A stretch of 58,251 nt of DNA, taken from Oligoflexales bacterium (GTDB lineage Bacteria; Bdellovibrionota_B; Oligoflexia; Oligoflexales; CAIYRB01). Of the stretch, positions 10,301 through 19,890 are shown one piece after another (position 1 is the first letter of the stretch; each line of letters starts with the position of its first letter). Position numbers and translations under genes: made by a program. The notes under the pieces are model-generated. The model saw only the letters and a program-made list of their open reading frames with translations, did not search any database and was not told the DNA's origin. The stretch spans positions 1-58,251 of the forward strand of contig JBGSUI010000264.1 in NCBI GenBank assembly GCA_041736175.1, read 5' to 3'.

Positions 10301-11140
10301 CCGCGAAAGCTCTTCGATATAGGGACGCATTTCCTTAGCGCCTAGGGCGCAGTTAATACCGACGCTGAGCGGCCTAGCATGCATCACTGAGTACCAAAAG
10401 GCTTCGACGGTTTGTCCCGAAAGGGTTCGACCCGAAGCGTCTGTGATGGTCACGGAGAGCATCACGGGGAGTCTGCGCCCGATTTGGGTAAAGATTTTTT
10501 CGATGGCAAAGATCGCTGCCTTGAGGTTTAGGGAATCAAAAGTCGTCTCGGGAAGGAGCAGGTCAACTCCCCCTTGGATCAAGGTTTCCACCTGCTGGGC
10601 ATAGGCATCGACGAGCTGATCAAAAGTGACTGCCCGGTAGGCGGGATTGTTGACATCGGGAGACATGGAGGCCGTGCGGCTTGTGGGGCCGATGGCTCCT
10701 GCTACCCATTTTGTCTCTCCAGGGTGGGCTGCCATATACTCATCAGCTGCTTCCCGGGCCAGACGGGCTGCATGGAGGTTGATTTGGGGGACAAAAGCTT
10801 CGAGGCCATACTCGACCTGGTTGAGAACCGTGCTGCTAAAGGTGTTGGTCTCGATAATATCGGCCCCGGCATCTAAGTATTGCCGGTGGATTTTCTTGAT
10901 GACATCCGGACGGGTCAGAACGAGGAGGTCGTTGTTGCCTTTGAGGTCTTTAGGGTGATTTTCGAACCATTGATGCCGAAAATCAGCTTCAGTGAGTTTT
11001 TCCTGCTGGATCATGGTCCCCATAGCACCGTCGATAATGACGATCCGTTCCTTAAGCAGGGCCTGCAAGCGAGCTGCTTTTGGGTCTGGGGAGGTCGTAA
11101 CACCCGAAGGGAATGCAACAGGTGCGGAAACATTCACCAA
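7325..11140 (-). CDS. metH: B12-dependent methionine synthase
   Basis: [28 protein letters not shown], cobalamin-binding [25 protein letters not shown]. Confidence 0.98.
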   Translation of the reverse strand: MVNVSAPVAFPSGVTTSPDPKAARLQALLKERIVIIDGAMGTMIQQEKLTEADFRHQWFENHPKDLKGNNDLLVLTRPDVIKKIHRQYLDAGADIIETNTFSSTVLNQVEYGLEAFVPQINLHAARLAREAADEYMAAHPGETKWVAGAIGPTSRTASMSPDVNNPAYRAVTFDQLVDAYAQQVETLIQGGVDLLLPETTFDSLNLKAAIFAIEKIFTQIGRRLPVMLSVTITDASGRTLSGQTVEAFWYSVMHARPLSVGINCALGAKEMRPYIEELSRLADCAISCYPNAGLPNPLSDTGYDETPSMTAGLLEEFATSRLINIVGGCCGTTPSHIAAIAEATKKVKPRLVEHPHESQRQQDSILRLSGLEPLRMDHQNKSFLMVGERTNVTGSPKFSQLIKAGKMEEALAVARQQVENGANIIDVNFDEGLLDSEACMTQFLNLIASEPDIARIPIMIDSSKWSVIEAGLKCVQGKAIVNSISLKEGEDKFLAQARLCMLYGASVIVMAFDEQGQAATKQDKVRICKRAYDLLVHRLGMYPEDIIFDPNVLTVATGMEEHANYAVDFIEAVREIKIQCPGARTSGGISNISFSFRGNNPVREAMHAAFLYHAISAGLDMGIVNAGMLEVYEEIEPELLQRVEDVLLNRNPEATERLVDFAEQIKGQSKTKTAKEEESWRRGTVEERLSHALVKGITDYIDEDTEEARLKYPKPLDVIEGPLMDGMKIVGELFGAGKMFLPQVVKSARVMKKSVALLMPYMEAAKAKNSAERTQGRFVIATVKGDVHDIGKNIVGVVLACNNFEVFDLGVMVNCEAILQKAKEVDADAIGMSGLITPSLDEMIHNAAEMQRQGFSVPLLIGGATTSKAHTAIKIAQHYAHPVVHVADASLVVGVMNQLLNKKLKESYATELKLDQERIRQRFEKNRGETQTLSFEAAKQKSFICDWAQVPILKPSTLGLIHYNSLSLDEIIPYIDWSPFFWTWELKGLYPSILQHAKWGKEAKSLFQDAQKLLQRIVDEKIFKPKAIQGFWPVWRVGEDVEVLESSDPADQISEKAANYRTIARFHFLRQQRKKDDQDGLCLSLSDYIAPKSSGRVDYMGAFAVTTGQEVEDFAKSFRDSHDDYQSIMVKAIGDRIAEALAEMMHRKARQIFGYGTQEALSYDELIKEKYRGIRPAPGYPACPDHTEKSILWKLMDIERSTGITLTENMAMNPPSSVSGWYFAHPQSQYFRVGMIGKDQVEDYARRKGLPLAEMEKWLTPNLNYEPTRET

Positions 11141-11158
11141 GCTCGTACTCCTTAAATC

Positions 11159-11851
11159 TTAGGTCGCAGGATCAAGATCCCAGATGTTGATGCCAAAATG
11201 TTGGTTTAAATGTCTTACAACGTCACAAACCGGGAGTCCAACAACATTGGCATAGGAGCCCTCAATTCTCTCCACCATATAGCTGCCCCGACCTTGGGCG
11301 GCATAGCCACCGGCCTTATCCATGGGCTCGCCGCTTTTGATATAGGCGTGGATCTCCGCCTCTTCCAGGGTTTTGATGGAGACCTGGGTTTCCACCCGGA
11401 AGGTTTTGGTGGTCATCTCCTGGGACGGGGTCGGGGATGGGGACGGGGATGCTGGGAGTTTGTGCCCTAGGAGAGTGACGCCGGTCATCACCGTGTGGGT
11501 GCGCCCTGAAAGGGTCTGGAGCATTTGAAAGGCTTCCAGGTGGGAGCAGGGTTTTTCAAGGGTTTTGCCATCGATCACCACGACTGTGTCGGCACTGATG
11601 ACGAGTATTGGCTGGTTTTGTGTCGGTTGGGGGAGGCTTTTGACTGCGGCCAGGTAAACCCATTGGGCTTTTTCTTCGGCGTTTCTCAAGACGTAATCTT
11701 GTGGAAGCTCCCCAGGGCGCATCTGTTCGAGGGTTTCTGGTTTCATCACGGTAAAATTGAGACCGATTTGTTTCAAAAGCTCAACCCGCCGGGGGGAAGA
11801 ACTCCCTAAGATCACTTGGAGAGGTTTTTTATTAGACGAGGTAGGAGTCAT
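11159..11851 (-). CDS. maf: Maf family nucleotide pyrophosphatase
   Basis: ILGSSSPRRVELL, ADTVV, LEKP, DKAGGY, GSYANVVGLP. Confidence 0.95.
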   Translation of the reverse strand: MTPTSSNKKPLQVILGSSSPRRVELLKQIGLNFTVMKPETLEQMRPGELPQDYVLRNAEEKAQWVYLAAVKSLPQPTQNQPILVISADTVVVIDGKTLEKPCSHLEAFQMLQTLSGRTHTVMTGVTLLGHKLPASPSPSPTPSQEMTTKTFRVETQVSIKTLEEAEIHAYIKSGEPMDKAGGYAAQGRGSYMVERIEGSYANVVGLPVCDVVRHLNQHFGINIWDLDPAT

Positions 11852-11854
11852 ATC

Positions 11855-13243
11855 TTAAAGGGACCCCTCCGAGATTGCGGTATTTTGAGCGATATCGGTA
11901 CGGAAACAACCCTGTGGCCATATTTCATGGATCGTTTTGACTTTTTGGTAGGCGACCTTCCTCGCCTCGTCAAAGTTGGTGCCTTGGCCCATCACGGTGA
12001 GCACGCGACCGGTGCCGGTCTCCAAAGTCGGAGTGCGGTGGTCGCCTTTGTCTCGATTGTTTGGATCCAGAGGAGGTTCGACGAGGCTGGCCGCAAAAAC
12101 CTGACCTTGGGATGAACTCTCAAAAAGCGAGTGGGGAATCTTTCCAGGAATCCCTCGGTCTTTGCCGTAAGGATAGGAGGCGGACGTCATCACGACGCCC
12201 ACGGTAAATCGTGGAGGAGCAATCGGGGTTGAAGGGTTTGTTTTAAAGCCCGTTGAGTAAACAGGAAAATCTGCACAGTGGAGCATCAGGGCGAGCCAAT
12301 CCCTCGTATCTTGGAGCACGAGGGACTGGGCCTCTGGGTCACCAAGGCGCACGTTGAATTCAACGACCTTGGGGCCGTCCTTTGACCACATAATCCCCAC
12401 GTAAAGGCAGCCGCAGTAGGGGATATGGTGGTGGCGCAAGGTGGCCAAGAGAGGTGTGACAATCCGTTCTTGGACGAGATTTTCCGCGTCCTTTGGGAGC
12501 CAGGGAACTGGAGTGTAACAACCCATCCCTCCGGTGTTTGGTCCCAGGTCGCGGTCAAGGAGGCGTTTATAGTCGACAGCGAAGCCAATGGGTACCGTGG
12601 TTTCGATCGATGTTCCTAGGAAAACAAAATAACTGCATTCCCTGCCGACAAGGATCTCCTCGAGGACAACAGTGTCGGCTGCTGAACGCATTTCTGTTTG
12701 GAAGAGTAACTTAAGACCCTCGTCAATGGCTGCCAGGTCTCTACAAACAAAAACTCCTTTACCAGAGGCTAGTCCCGCCGCCTTGATCACGACGCCGCCG
12801 GAGGCTTGTAGCATGGCGACGGCCTGGTCACGGGTTTCTCGCTCGGAGTGGGTGACCCGGTAAGTGGCTGTTGGGATCCCTGCTTCTGCCATAAGGGTTT
12901 TGGCAAAAGCTTTATCGGTTTCGAGTTTAGCCGCGGCCTGTTGTGGACCAAAGACTTTGATCCTGGCGCTGAGGAGTTGATCGGCGAGTCCTTGGGACAG
13001 TGGAGTCTCAGGGCCGACGACAACCAAGTCTATTTTTTCTTGGCGGCATTTTTGGATCAAGGGCGAAAAGTCAGTGGAGAGTGGGGAGAAGGTCGCTGGG
13101 AGATCCTTCCAAAGGGTTCCGAGGGAGGTCATTCCCCCATGACCCGGCCAGAGGTGGAGTTTGGTTAGGAGTGGGGACTGGGAGATTTTGTAGGCCAAGG
13201 CGTGCTCTCGTGCTCCTTGACCAACTAATAAAACGGCAACCAT
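11855..13243 (-). CDS. purD: Phosphoribosylamine-glycine ligase
   Basis: GQGAREHALA, VVGPETPL, KAAGLASGKGV, GPNTGGMG, EFNVRLGDPE. Confidence 0.96.
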   Translation of the reverse strand: MVAVLLVGQGAREHALAYKISQSPLLTKLHLWPGHGGMTSLGTLWKDLPATFSPLSTDFSPLIQKCRQEKIDLVVVGPETPLSQGLADQLLSARIKVFGPQQAAAKLETDKAFAKTLMAEAGIPTATYRVTHSERETRDQAVAMLQASGGVVIKAAGLASGKGVFVCRDLAAIDEGLKLLFQTEMRSAADTVVLEEILVGRECSYFVFLGTSIETTVPIGFAVDYKRLLDRDLGPNTGGMGCYTPVPWLPKDAENLVQERIVTPLLATLRHHHIPYCGCLYVGIMWSKDGPKVVEFNVRLGDPEAQSLVLQDTRDWLALMLHCADFPVYSTGFKTNPSTPIAPPRFTVGVVMTSASYPYGKDRGIPGKIPHSLFESSSQGQVFAASLVEPPLDPNNRDKGDHRTPTLETGTGRVLTVMGQGTNFDEARKVAYQKVKTIHEIWPQGCFRTDIAQNTAISEGSL

Positions 13244-13575
13244 ATTCTGTCCTTATAGCGTCCAGGGTCGAAATGTTGGCAAAAATCCCTCGAATCGCTC
13301 CGAGTTAATCAGATGGATGCTCTAAAGGCAAGGTTCTAAGTGCATTTTTGGCCTCGAACCCTAGGTTAAACTCTTCTGATCATGTGTTTCACGTCTTTGG
13401 TCGTCAGGAGTAGAGGCCCCTGTTAGGGTTGGCAATTGGGATTTGCCATCTCCAAATGTCAACATTTTTGTCCATTGATTCGACACTGTATTTAGTAAAG
13501 AGTGGGAGACCGCGCCCCTGTCATTTCAACGATCTGATAAAAGAACTAAATATTTTTAGGAGACAGCGATCCGCC

Positions 13576-13591
13576 TGGCATCGGGTTTGCA
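13576..13591 (+). promoter_or_regulatory. sigma54 -24/-12 promoter
   Basis: TGGCATCGGGTTTGCA (GG-N10-GC), about 95 bp upstream of the 13686 gene. Confidence 0.75.
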
Positions 13592-13685
13592 GAACTCAAT
13601 TCCGCCAAGGGGACGGCCGTCACTAATGGCTTACGGAGAATCATAAACATTTTAATGTGGGGCATAACGCCCACAGGAGACCTTC

Positions 13686-14258
13686 ATGAAATTTTCGAAT
13701 CTGATCAAGTGTGGCGCCCTAGGCGCAGTTTTATCGCTGTATGTGTCTTGTCAAAACGCGGGTTCTAAGGATTCGGCCACCGAAGACGGATCTAGTGTCA
13801 TGCGTGCTGGAGAGGATGCCCCTGAGACGGTCACTCCAGGTAAGTTTTACTGTTCTGCCAAGCGTCTTGATGGTGCCCATGCAGGTAAACCATGGTTAGG
13901 CGGTGGCGAAACTGGCGCCGAAGCTTGCAAGAAAGCCGTCGAAATGTGTAATCGCATCACCGGAGCGGCCTCCGCTGAAGTCGGTGGCGAAGGCGCCTGC
14001 ATTGCCTCAACACCAATCGACAGGTATGCCACTGGTATTGGTCAGGTTACGGACAATGGGCGAGGATATTTTGTGTGCCCCGTGTCGGAATTCTACAATA
14101 GCACGGCGCCTATCAGTCGTGTCTATGCAGGGATTGGCAAGACTCTCGCCGAGGCCAAGGCTGATGCCGTAGAAAAATGTGAGTACCGTGCTGGGTTTAA
14201 CTGCAACCGTGAGTTTCAGTGCTTCGACGGTAGCGTCGCAACTGTAAATCCAGAATAA
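13686..14258 (+). CDS. Cys-rich secreted lipoprotein with two DUF4189-like repeats
   Basis: AGGAG RBS and YVSC lipobox; repeats GGGETGAEACKKAVEMC and GIGKTLAEAKADAVEKC. Family assignment tentative. Confidence 0.7.
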   Translation: MKFSNLIKCGALGAVLSLYVSCQNAGSKDSATEDGSSVMRAGEDAPETVTPGKFYCSAKRLDGAHAGKPWLGGGETGAEACKKAVEMCNRITGAASAEVGGEGACIASTPIDRYATGIGQVTDNGRGYFVCPVSEFYNSTAPISRVYAGIGKTLAEAKADAVEKCEYRAGFNCNREFQCFDGSVATVNPE

Positions 14259-14273
14259 TATGTTTCTGTAGCG

Positions 14274-14302
14274 GGTAGGAGGGGCATGAGCCCCTTTCTA
14301 CC
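14274..14302. terminator. Hairpin terminator between convergent genes
   Basis: GGTAGGAGGGGC-ATGA-GCCCCTTTCTACC. Confidence 0.65.
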
Positions 14303-14313
14303 GGTATCAAGAA

Positions 14314-15174
14314 TTAGTTTTGACTGCTTGAAGAAAATTCTTGACTTCGGTCTTCGGGATAAACGTGCTCACAGCTCCCCTTTCCCTCGGGGAGCTTATC
14401 CATCTCAAAAAAACTTTCGCTTTTGATGGGAGTGGTTGCAGGGATTGCGCCTCTCAATATCCAAGTGTTTGCACCTAAGACTTTTTGAGTCAACCGAAAA
14501 TCGACATGTCCCGAGGCTTTTTCAGAGCTCTCCCAGGTTCCTTCTTCGCTCCAAAAAGCCCTCTGGGCTATATACACGTGACCTAGGATCTTCCCACACA
14601 TGGGAATACTGGCTCCGACGTCTACCGTCACGCCAGGATTTCCGTCTTGATCTTGGTCATAAAAAACAGCGCCATTTTTTTCGATGAGAGGGTCTGTCTC
14701 GGGGTTTTTAAGCTTAACACCCACTAGCTCCACTGCTTTTGGCATAGACAATTTACCGGTGTTATCTGGAAGGTCGTAGTGGTAGCGAAGATCCGTAAGG
14801 GAATCGATTAGAGCCTGTGGAAACTTAAGGGTCGCAGTCAAGGGCACCTTGGTTTTTATTTCACAGACTTTTTCGGTAGCCTCCAACCTCCCCTCTACAA
14901 CTGCGAGATGCAGCAAGGTATACTTGGTTACAGAGTTTTTAACACTGATTCCTAGAGCTCCCATTTTAGAGGTAAACACTGATTTTTTGGCCCAATAACC
15001 CGCTAAAGACTGAGCCTCGATACCTTTAACAGCACTCTCAGTGGGTGGCGCGATCCGTATACAACCAAGACTCCCTAGCAGGACAGCGACGATCAACGGG
15101 GCGAAGGCCTGTTGCGAATAGAAAATCGACAAGTGTTTATAGTATGAACGCAGATCGGGTGTGAATGGGATCAC
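14314..15174 (-). CDS. hypothetical lipoprotein
   Basis: SLGC lipobox, DQDQDGNPG Ca-binding-like motif, GGAG RBS. Confidence 0.7.
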   Translation of the reverse strand: MIPFTPDLRSYYKHLSIFYSQQAFAPLIVAVLLGSLGCIRIAPPTESAVKGIEAQSLAGYWAKKSVFTSKMGALGISVKNSVTKYTLLHLAVVEGRLEATEKVCEIKTKVPLTATLKFPQALIDSLTDLRYHYDLPDNTGKLSMPKAVELVGVKLKNPETDPLIEKNGAVFYDQDQDGNPGVTVDVGASIPMCGKILGHVYIAQRAFWSEEGTWESSEKASGHVDFRLTQKVLGANTWILRGAIPATTPIKSESFFEMDKLPEGKGSCEHVYPEDRSQEFSSSSQN

Positions 15175-15242
15175 CTAGGTCTCCTAACATGCTGAAAGAT
15201 TTATTGTTCCAAACAATGGCTATAGGCTGCAGCAATCTATTT

Positions 15243-15258
15243 AGCAAAAGTGATACCA
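15243..15258 (-). promoter_or_regulatory. sigma54 -24/-12 promoter
   Basis: Minus strand TGGTATCACTTTTGCT (GG-N10-GC), about 70 bp upstream of 15174. Confidence 0.65.
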
Positions 15259-15288
15259 AAGGCAACTCCTACGGAAGCTATTGAAGAC

Positions 15289-16587
15289 TTATAAAAACAT
15301 AGCCATGTAGAGGGGATAACTAATAATTTTATCTGATTTACCGATGTTTTTAGAGGAAAGTTTGACTCCCTGCTGGACTCCATATCGTTGGATCATCGTT
15401 GTCATCGACTTCGATTTTACATTTTCACCAGATTTAACTTCGATGGCTGTAGCAAGCTTATGATGTCGTATAAAAAAATCCATCTCAACCTGGGAATTGT
15501 GCTCAAAGTAGTAAAGCTTTTTTTGTGCCTTGGTGAAAATATCGGCAATGATATTTTCATAGATCGCTCCCTTATAAATGCCTAGGTTTCCTTCCATGAC
15601 ATCGGCTTGGGAGCCATCTTCGAGCATAGCCATCAAGAGGCCTGTATCCCGCATATAGATCTTAAAAACGTCGCTCCGCGCGTTGCCCTCAAAGGGGAGT
15701 TCGATAGCGGCTAGATTGTAGCAATAGTTGATAATACCTGCATCATAAAGCCACTGTAAGCTGCCTCCATACTTGCGTGCACTCCCCTGTGGCTCGACTA
15801 GGCTATAGCGAAATTTCTTGTAGTCTTTGGACAGGTGCTTAGGGATAGAAAGAAAGCATGCTCTGGCTTTAGTCTTATCGTTGCCTTCTGCGTACTTTGC
15901 AATATCATCCGTATAGTCAGCGATGATCGCCTTTTGAATCCGGAGGACATCTGCAAAGTTGCTGGTTTCCATAAATGTTGAAACCACCCTTGGCATTCCC
16001 CCGACGATAATATACTCCTTAAACAGTTCTAGCATTCGTTGGTGCATGGCAGTGGGAACTGGCTCTATCCGTGTAAAATATTCTTTGAGATCGTTGATGG
16101 ACTGCGGTTTGACTCCAGAAGCCCATAAAAATTCCTCAAAGTCGAGAGAATGCATCTCCAAGGGGTCCGTAAATCCCACCGGAAAAGAAGGGACCTCTTT
16201 GTAGTGAATTCCGAGCATAGAGCCGGAGGCTATGACATCAAATCTGCGATCGAGAGCTAGAAACTTTAGTGCTGTCCTAGCTTTGGGACAATGTTGGATC
16301 TCATCGAGGAGGATCAAGGTTTCATGGGGGACCATTTCAGCACCCGGGACTCGCAAGGAGATTTGTTTTATAAGCGTTGTAACGTCTAAGTCACCATCAA
16401 AAATCACTTTATACGCCGGGTTTTCGTCGAAGTTTATTTTGATAAAGTGCTTGTAATGGGTCCGAGCAAACTCCTCGATGCTGTAGGTCTTTCCGACCTG
16501 TCTGGCACCTTTTATGAGGAGTGCGCGACGATCTTTTCGATTTTTCCAGGCCAAGAGATCTTGGCTGATTTTTCGAGTGAGTTTCAT
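15289..16587 (-). CDS. AAA_14 ATPase + DUF4143 (C-terminal PD-(D/E)XK-like domain)
   Basis: Walker A GARQVGKT, Walker B LILLDEIQ, VGGMP, KIYMRDTGLL, EMDF...IEVKSG. Confidence 0.92.
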   Translation of the reverse strand: MKLTRKISQDLLAWKNRKDRRALLIKGARQVGKTYSIEEFARTHYKHFIKINFDENPAYKVIFDGDLDVTTLIKQISLRVPGAEMVPHETLILLDEIQHCPKARTALKFLALDRRFDVIASGSMLGIHYKEVPSFPVGFTDPLEMHSLDFEEFLWASGVKPQSINDLKEYFTRIEPVPTAMHQRMLELFKEYIIVGGMPRVVSTFMETSNFADVLRIQKAIIADYTDDIAKYAEGNDKTKARACFLSIPKHLSKDYKKFRYSLVEPQGSARKYGGSLQWLYDAGIINYCYNLAAIELPFEGNARSDVFKIYMRDTGLLMAMLEDGSQADVMEGNLGIYKGAIYENIIADIFTKAQKKLYYFEHNSQVEMDFFIRHHKLATAIEVKSGENVKSKSMTTMIQRYGVQQGVKLSSKNIGKSDKIISYPLYMAMFL

Positions 16588-16637
16588 AAGTGCGGCCTCT
16601 TATTTGGGCATAGATATCAGAAGGGGGGGATTGCTCC

Positions 16638-16714
16638 GCATATTTTCCAGGGGAATAAGCGGGGTCAACTGCATCGTTTCCTAGCCATTAGTGTAATAGG
16701 AATGCATCTTTTCC
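16638..16714. promoter_or_regulatory. Three GCATNNTTTCC boxes at exact 33-bp period upstream of the DUF4143 ATPase
   Basis: GCATATTTTCC at 16638, GCATCGTTTCC at 16671, GCATCTTTTCC at 16704. Confidence 0.7.
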
Positions 16715-16784
16715 GCTAGCCGCAAGACCCGATATGATATCAGGTAAGTATTATATCTCCCAGATATAATAGACCCAGGGGGAC
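16657..16784 (+). repeat. Direct repeat copy 1 (ATPase promoter region); homologous to 22625-22719
   Basis: 16716-16784 matches 22651-22719 at 65/69 nt. Looser homology extends upstream, with one 33-bp unit missing in copy 2. Confidence 0.92.
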
Positions 16785-16900
16785 TTGGTACCATCACCCA
16801 ACTCCCCGCAATGGATTTTAAGGGGGCCAGCCATGAAGCGAGACACAGCCGTCAACTACTTTACAGCAAGTCAGTCCCAAGACCTCCTCGGGGTGATGAG

Positions 16901-18166
16901 TCAAATGCCCGAAGATGCCTTAGAGCTAGTTTTGGGAATGGTCACTCCTGAGTCCCCTACTAATTCAAATCCCGAAAACCATAGGTTTGAAGAAATCAAC
17001 GGTCGGAGCTTCGACGGCTGGGTCCTAGAGTCATTGACCACGATGTCTAATTGATTATGGGACCGTCTGATCATTGCCGGAATTTTGACATTAGATTTAG
17101 TACCAGTCAGCGTACCATAGGCTTTATAGTGAAGGTGTTCGTATACCTTTCTACTCCCAAAGGTTTTGGCCTTGGGAAAAGCTTTTTGGTCCTGGGGAAG
17201 GTAAAATTCCAAGCGACTATCGTCTCCCAAAGTTCCAAAAATGGGGTCATCACGGTGATTGATCATTGTGGCGACTTCTTCGAATGGAGCTCCAGGCTTT
17301 TCAGAAACAGATAGATGATAGGTAAATTCGTCGCTCCAGCTGATTTGATAGCATCGATAATGGTTGGGAACCGAAAATAGTTCATTGAGTTTGAGCATTT
17401 CAGGCCACATTTTATTTGTGCAGACGTCAAAACTCCCCTGTAAATCCGGCATAAAATAATTAGGAATCGTAAAATAGTATGCATATAAATCAGCCCAACG
17501 GACGACTGTTTGGGGGAAATTCTCGTTCATCAGGTCAAACTCATTTAAACCCTCATGGCTCATTCCAAATACATGTCCAAGTTCATGGATCATCACCAGC
17601 GACAATATTTTACCGCCACCCATTTGCCAAAGTTGGCGGACTGGCGACTCAAGGCGCAGGGCAAGAGGTCCATGCATCGGGGCTATATAGATAAAGCCCT
17701 TACCTTTAAGCATTTTTTTATCATAGTCGGTTCGCACTGCAATACCTACGAGAGCAGGTGGATCCACAAGGTAGCGTCTTTGCTCTTCAGTGAGTGTCCC
17801 CATTTGGAAGGTCAGATCCACCTCTCCGGAGCATTCCACTCGTTGAAATTCTTGAGTCCCAAGTCGCAAGAAAAAGCCATCCCGATCCGGTTCTCGAGCA
17901 TCTTTATTAAAAATCATCAACTGACGCTGCCAATAATCGATGGCCTCGGCGATGCTCGTCGCCGCCTGATCGAGACTGGTGCCAAAGTTTTGCTCGTCAA
18001 TCTGGATGCAGTAATTGACTTTTCGAGTGTTTTGAATAAACCATGAGTTGTTTTCTGTTCGGATTAGCTGACCTCCGCCGCTGGTCCAACCATTAGCAAA
18101 TACAGTGCTGCATGTTAAGAATGTCCCAATCAACAGAATGTGATAGATTATTTTTTTCGCTCTCAT
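16901..18166 (-). CDS. Secreted metzincin-like zinc metalloprotease
   Basis: Signal peptide ending VFA then NGWTSGGG; HELGHVFGMSH zinc motif followed by a DLMN Met-turn; AGGAG RBS. Confidence 0.8.
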   Translation of the reverse strand: MRAKKIIYHILLIGTFLTCSTVFANGWTSGGGQLIRTENNSWFIQNTRKVNYCIQIDEQNFGTSLDQAATSIAEAIDYWQRQLMIFNKDAREPDRDGFFLRLGTQEFQRVECSGEVDLTFQMGTLTEEQRRYLVDPPALVGIAVRTDYDKKMLKGKGFIYIAPMHGPLALRLESPVRQLWQMGGGKILSLVMIHELGHVFGMSHEGLNEFDLMNENFPQTVVRWADLYAYYFTIPNYFMPDLQGSFDVCTNKMWPEMLKLNELFSVPNHYRCYQISWSDEFTYHLSVSEKPGAPFEEVATMINHRDDPIFGTLGDDSRLEFYLPQDQKAFPKAKTFGSRKVYEHLHYKAYGTLTGTKSNVKIPAMIRRSHNQLDIVVNDSRTQPSKLRPLISSNLWFSGFELVGDSGVTIPKTSSKASSGI

Positions 18167-18319
18167 CGCTTGGTCTCCTTTAAAGATTTATTCACCTTAT
18201 AAATCAAAGGTACTTGCATTTATCCAGTAAGTAAATTAAATATTAATTCATATTGAGACTATTGTTATAAAAAAAATAAACTTTGGACCTACTCTGTTTC
18301 CTTGGGAGATGAATCTCGC

Positions 18320-19144
18320 ATGAAATTGTACCAGTCAGACGACTACCGCCACGCCCTTAAGGAATGTCTTTTGGAGAAAAAAATATCTCATGGGAATACC
18401 TATTCCTTCCAAAATATGGCTAACGCATGCCGCGTCCAAAAAACTTACCTTTCAAAAGTCTTGGGCGAAAAAGCACACTTGAATTCCGATCAACTTTATC
18501 TCGCAGCAGAGTATTTAGGCTTTAATGACCAAGATCGACTTTTTTTAACGCTGCTTTTTGAGGAGTGTCGATCTGTGGTTCCCAAACGCAAAAAAAATCT
18601 TAAGGGGCATATAACCTTGATGCGGCGTCACTTACTCCGAAGCGAACAGCACATAGATTCTAAAGTCGTATCTCCACAGCAGGAGCATCTAGCTTCATAC
18701 TACCTTAATCCGCTTATGCAAGTGGTGCACATGTTTCTAACCATCGAAAGGTATGCACAAAATGTTAATGAAATCGGCCAAAAACTGCACCTTAGTAAGG
18801 ATGTTTTAACAAACATTCTTCGGAGTCTCCAATATATGGGGATCATCGAAATTCACGAAGGGCGCTATAAAGTTGTACTTAACAATTTACATTCGCCTAA
18901 AGACTCTGAACTCTATCCTGCGTACAGGGTACTCTTGCGCACTCTAGCTCAAGATAGAATGTCTCGTCTCACTTCCGATAATACTTATAATTTTTCAGTC
19001 ATTTTTTCCACAGACTCTCAAACGCAAGATCAAATCCAAGCTGATTTCCTTAAATTTCTGCAAAAAACACAGCAGTTAGTTTCAGGAAGCAAGTCAGAAA
19101 ATGTTTATCAAATAAACTTTGACCTTTTTTCCTGGGATAGATGA
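18320..19144 (+). CDS. TIGR02147/DUF4423 family HTH protein
   Basis: DYRHALKE, YSFQNMANACRVQKTYLSKVL (HTH), C-terminal VYQINFDLF; ATG at 18320 preferred over TTG at 18302. Confidence 0.85.
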   Translation: MKLYQSDDYRHALKECLLEKKISHGNTYSFQNMANACRVQKTYLSKVLGEKAHLNSDQLYLAAEYLGFNDQDRLFLTLLFEECRSVVPKRKKNLKGHITLMRRHLLRSEQHIDSKVVSPQQEHLASYYLNPLMQVVHMFLTIERYAQNVNEIGQKLHLSKDVLTNILRSLQYMGIIEIHEGRYKVVLNNLHSPKDSELYPAYRVLLRTLAQDRMSRLTSDNTYNFSVIFSTDSQTQDQIQADFLKFLQKTQQLVSGSKSENVYQINFDLFSWDR

Positions 19145-19218
19145 AATAGCCTTCCTTTGCCCGGGTATGCCATAGGCCAAAATCTGGGGATTTCAGATGG
19201 GCGCAGGGCACGGTATTC

Positions 19219-19890
19219 CTATTCCGAAATCTTATGCAAGGTTGCCATAAATCCTTGCAGCGCTATAGGACGCTTGTCTGGAGTCAGACCATCATGTTCG
19301 CTACTATAATCCCCGTAAAGGATCATCTCCTGCTGGTTCACGATCGTATGGCTGCGAAGGAACTGGTAGATTGTCTGACCCAAAGGCAAGATTCGATAAA
19401 CTTGAACTGTATTACTTTCAATTTCCTGTTCTTTTCCTACTTCCCATCCATCCTGTCTACGTAAGTAGCCGGTCATCTTCCACTGAATGAGACTAGCGGT
19501 CGACCAAAATATCAAGCGGTGTGAGGTGGCCGTGAGGTCGATGTACCAATCATTGACTACACCTGCAGCCAAAACATTCTCAAATCGATAGGTGAATTCT
19601 GAAGTCTGAGTTGTAGCTGGGGTCTTGCAGCTCTTATCTTCATCAAGGTATGTTCTGTAGGTTCTCACAATTTTTGTGTCCGTCCATACTTCACTATGCA
19701 CGAGTCCGTTAAGGCAAGTTGATTCAAACTTCCCTAGCGATGGACGGAGAGATTTTGCGTCCTTTTCAGGCACATAAATTTTCGGATCCTCTGGCTCAGC
19801 CCTTTGGGTTTTTTTACCTGTTTTCCCGCAAGACACTGCACAGCAAACGATTATACAAAGAAAACAATTAAAATGTCTTTGATAGTTCAT
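19219..19890 (-). CDS. hypothetical lipoprotein
   Basis: AVSCG lipobox; start overlaps the toxin stop (ATGA). Confidence 0.7.
   Translation of the reverse strand: MNYQRHFNCFLCIIVCCAVSCGKTGKKTQRAEPEDPKIYVPEKDAKSLRPSLGKFESTCLNGLVHSEVWTDTKIVRTYRTYLDEDKSCKTPATTQTSEFTYRFENVLAAGVVNDWYIDLTATSHRLIFWSTASLIQWKMTGYLRRQDGWEVGKEQEIESNTVQVYRILPLGQTIYQFLRSHTIVNQQEMILYGDYSSEHDGLTPDKRPIALQGFMATLHKISE

Noticed and set aside
7325..13400. Cobalamin or SAM riboswitch for metH; long antisense ORFs inside metH
   Set aside because: metH is operon-internal with an 18-bp gap and no riboswitch motif was recognised; the antisense ORFs are codon-bias shadows.
16638..16714. 33-bp periodic boxes as a mini-CRISPR
   Set aside because: The conserved part is only 11 bp, the period is too short, and no cas genes are nearby.
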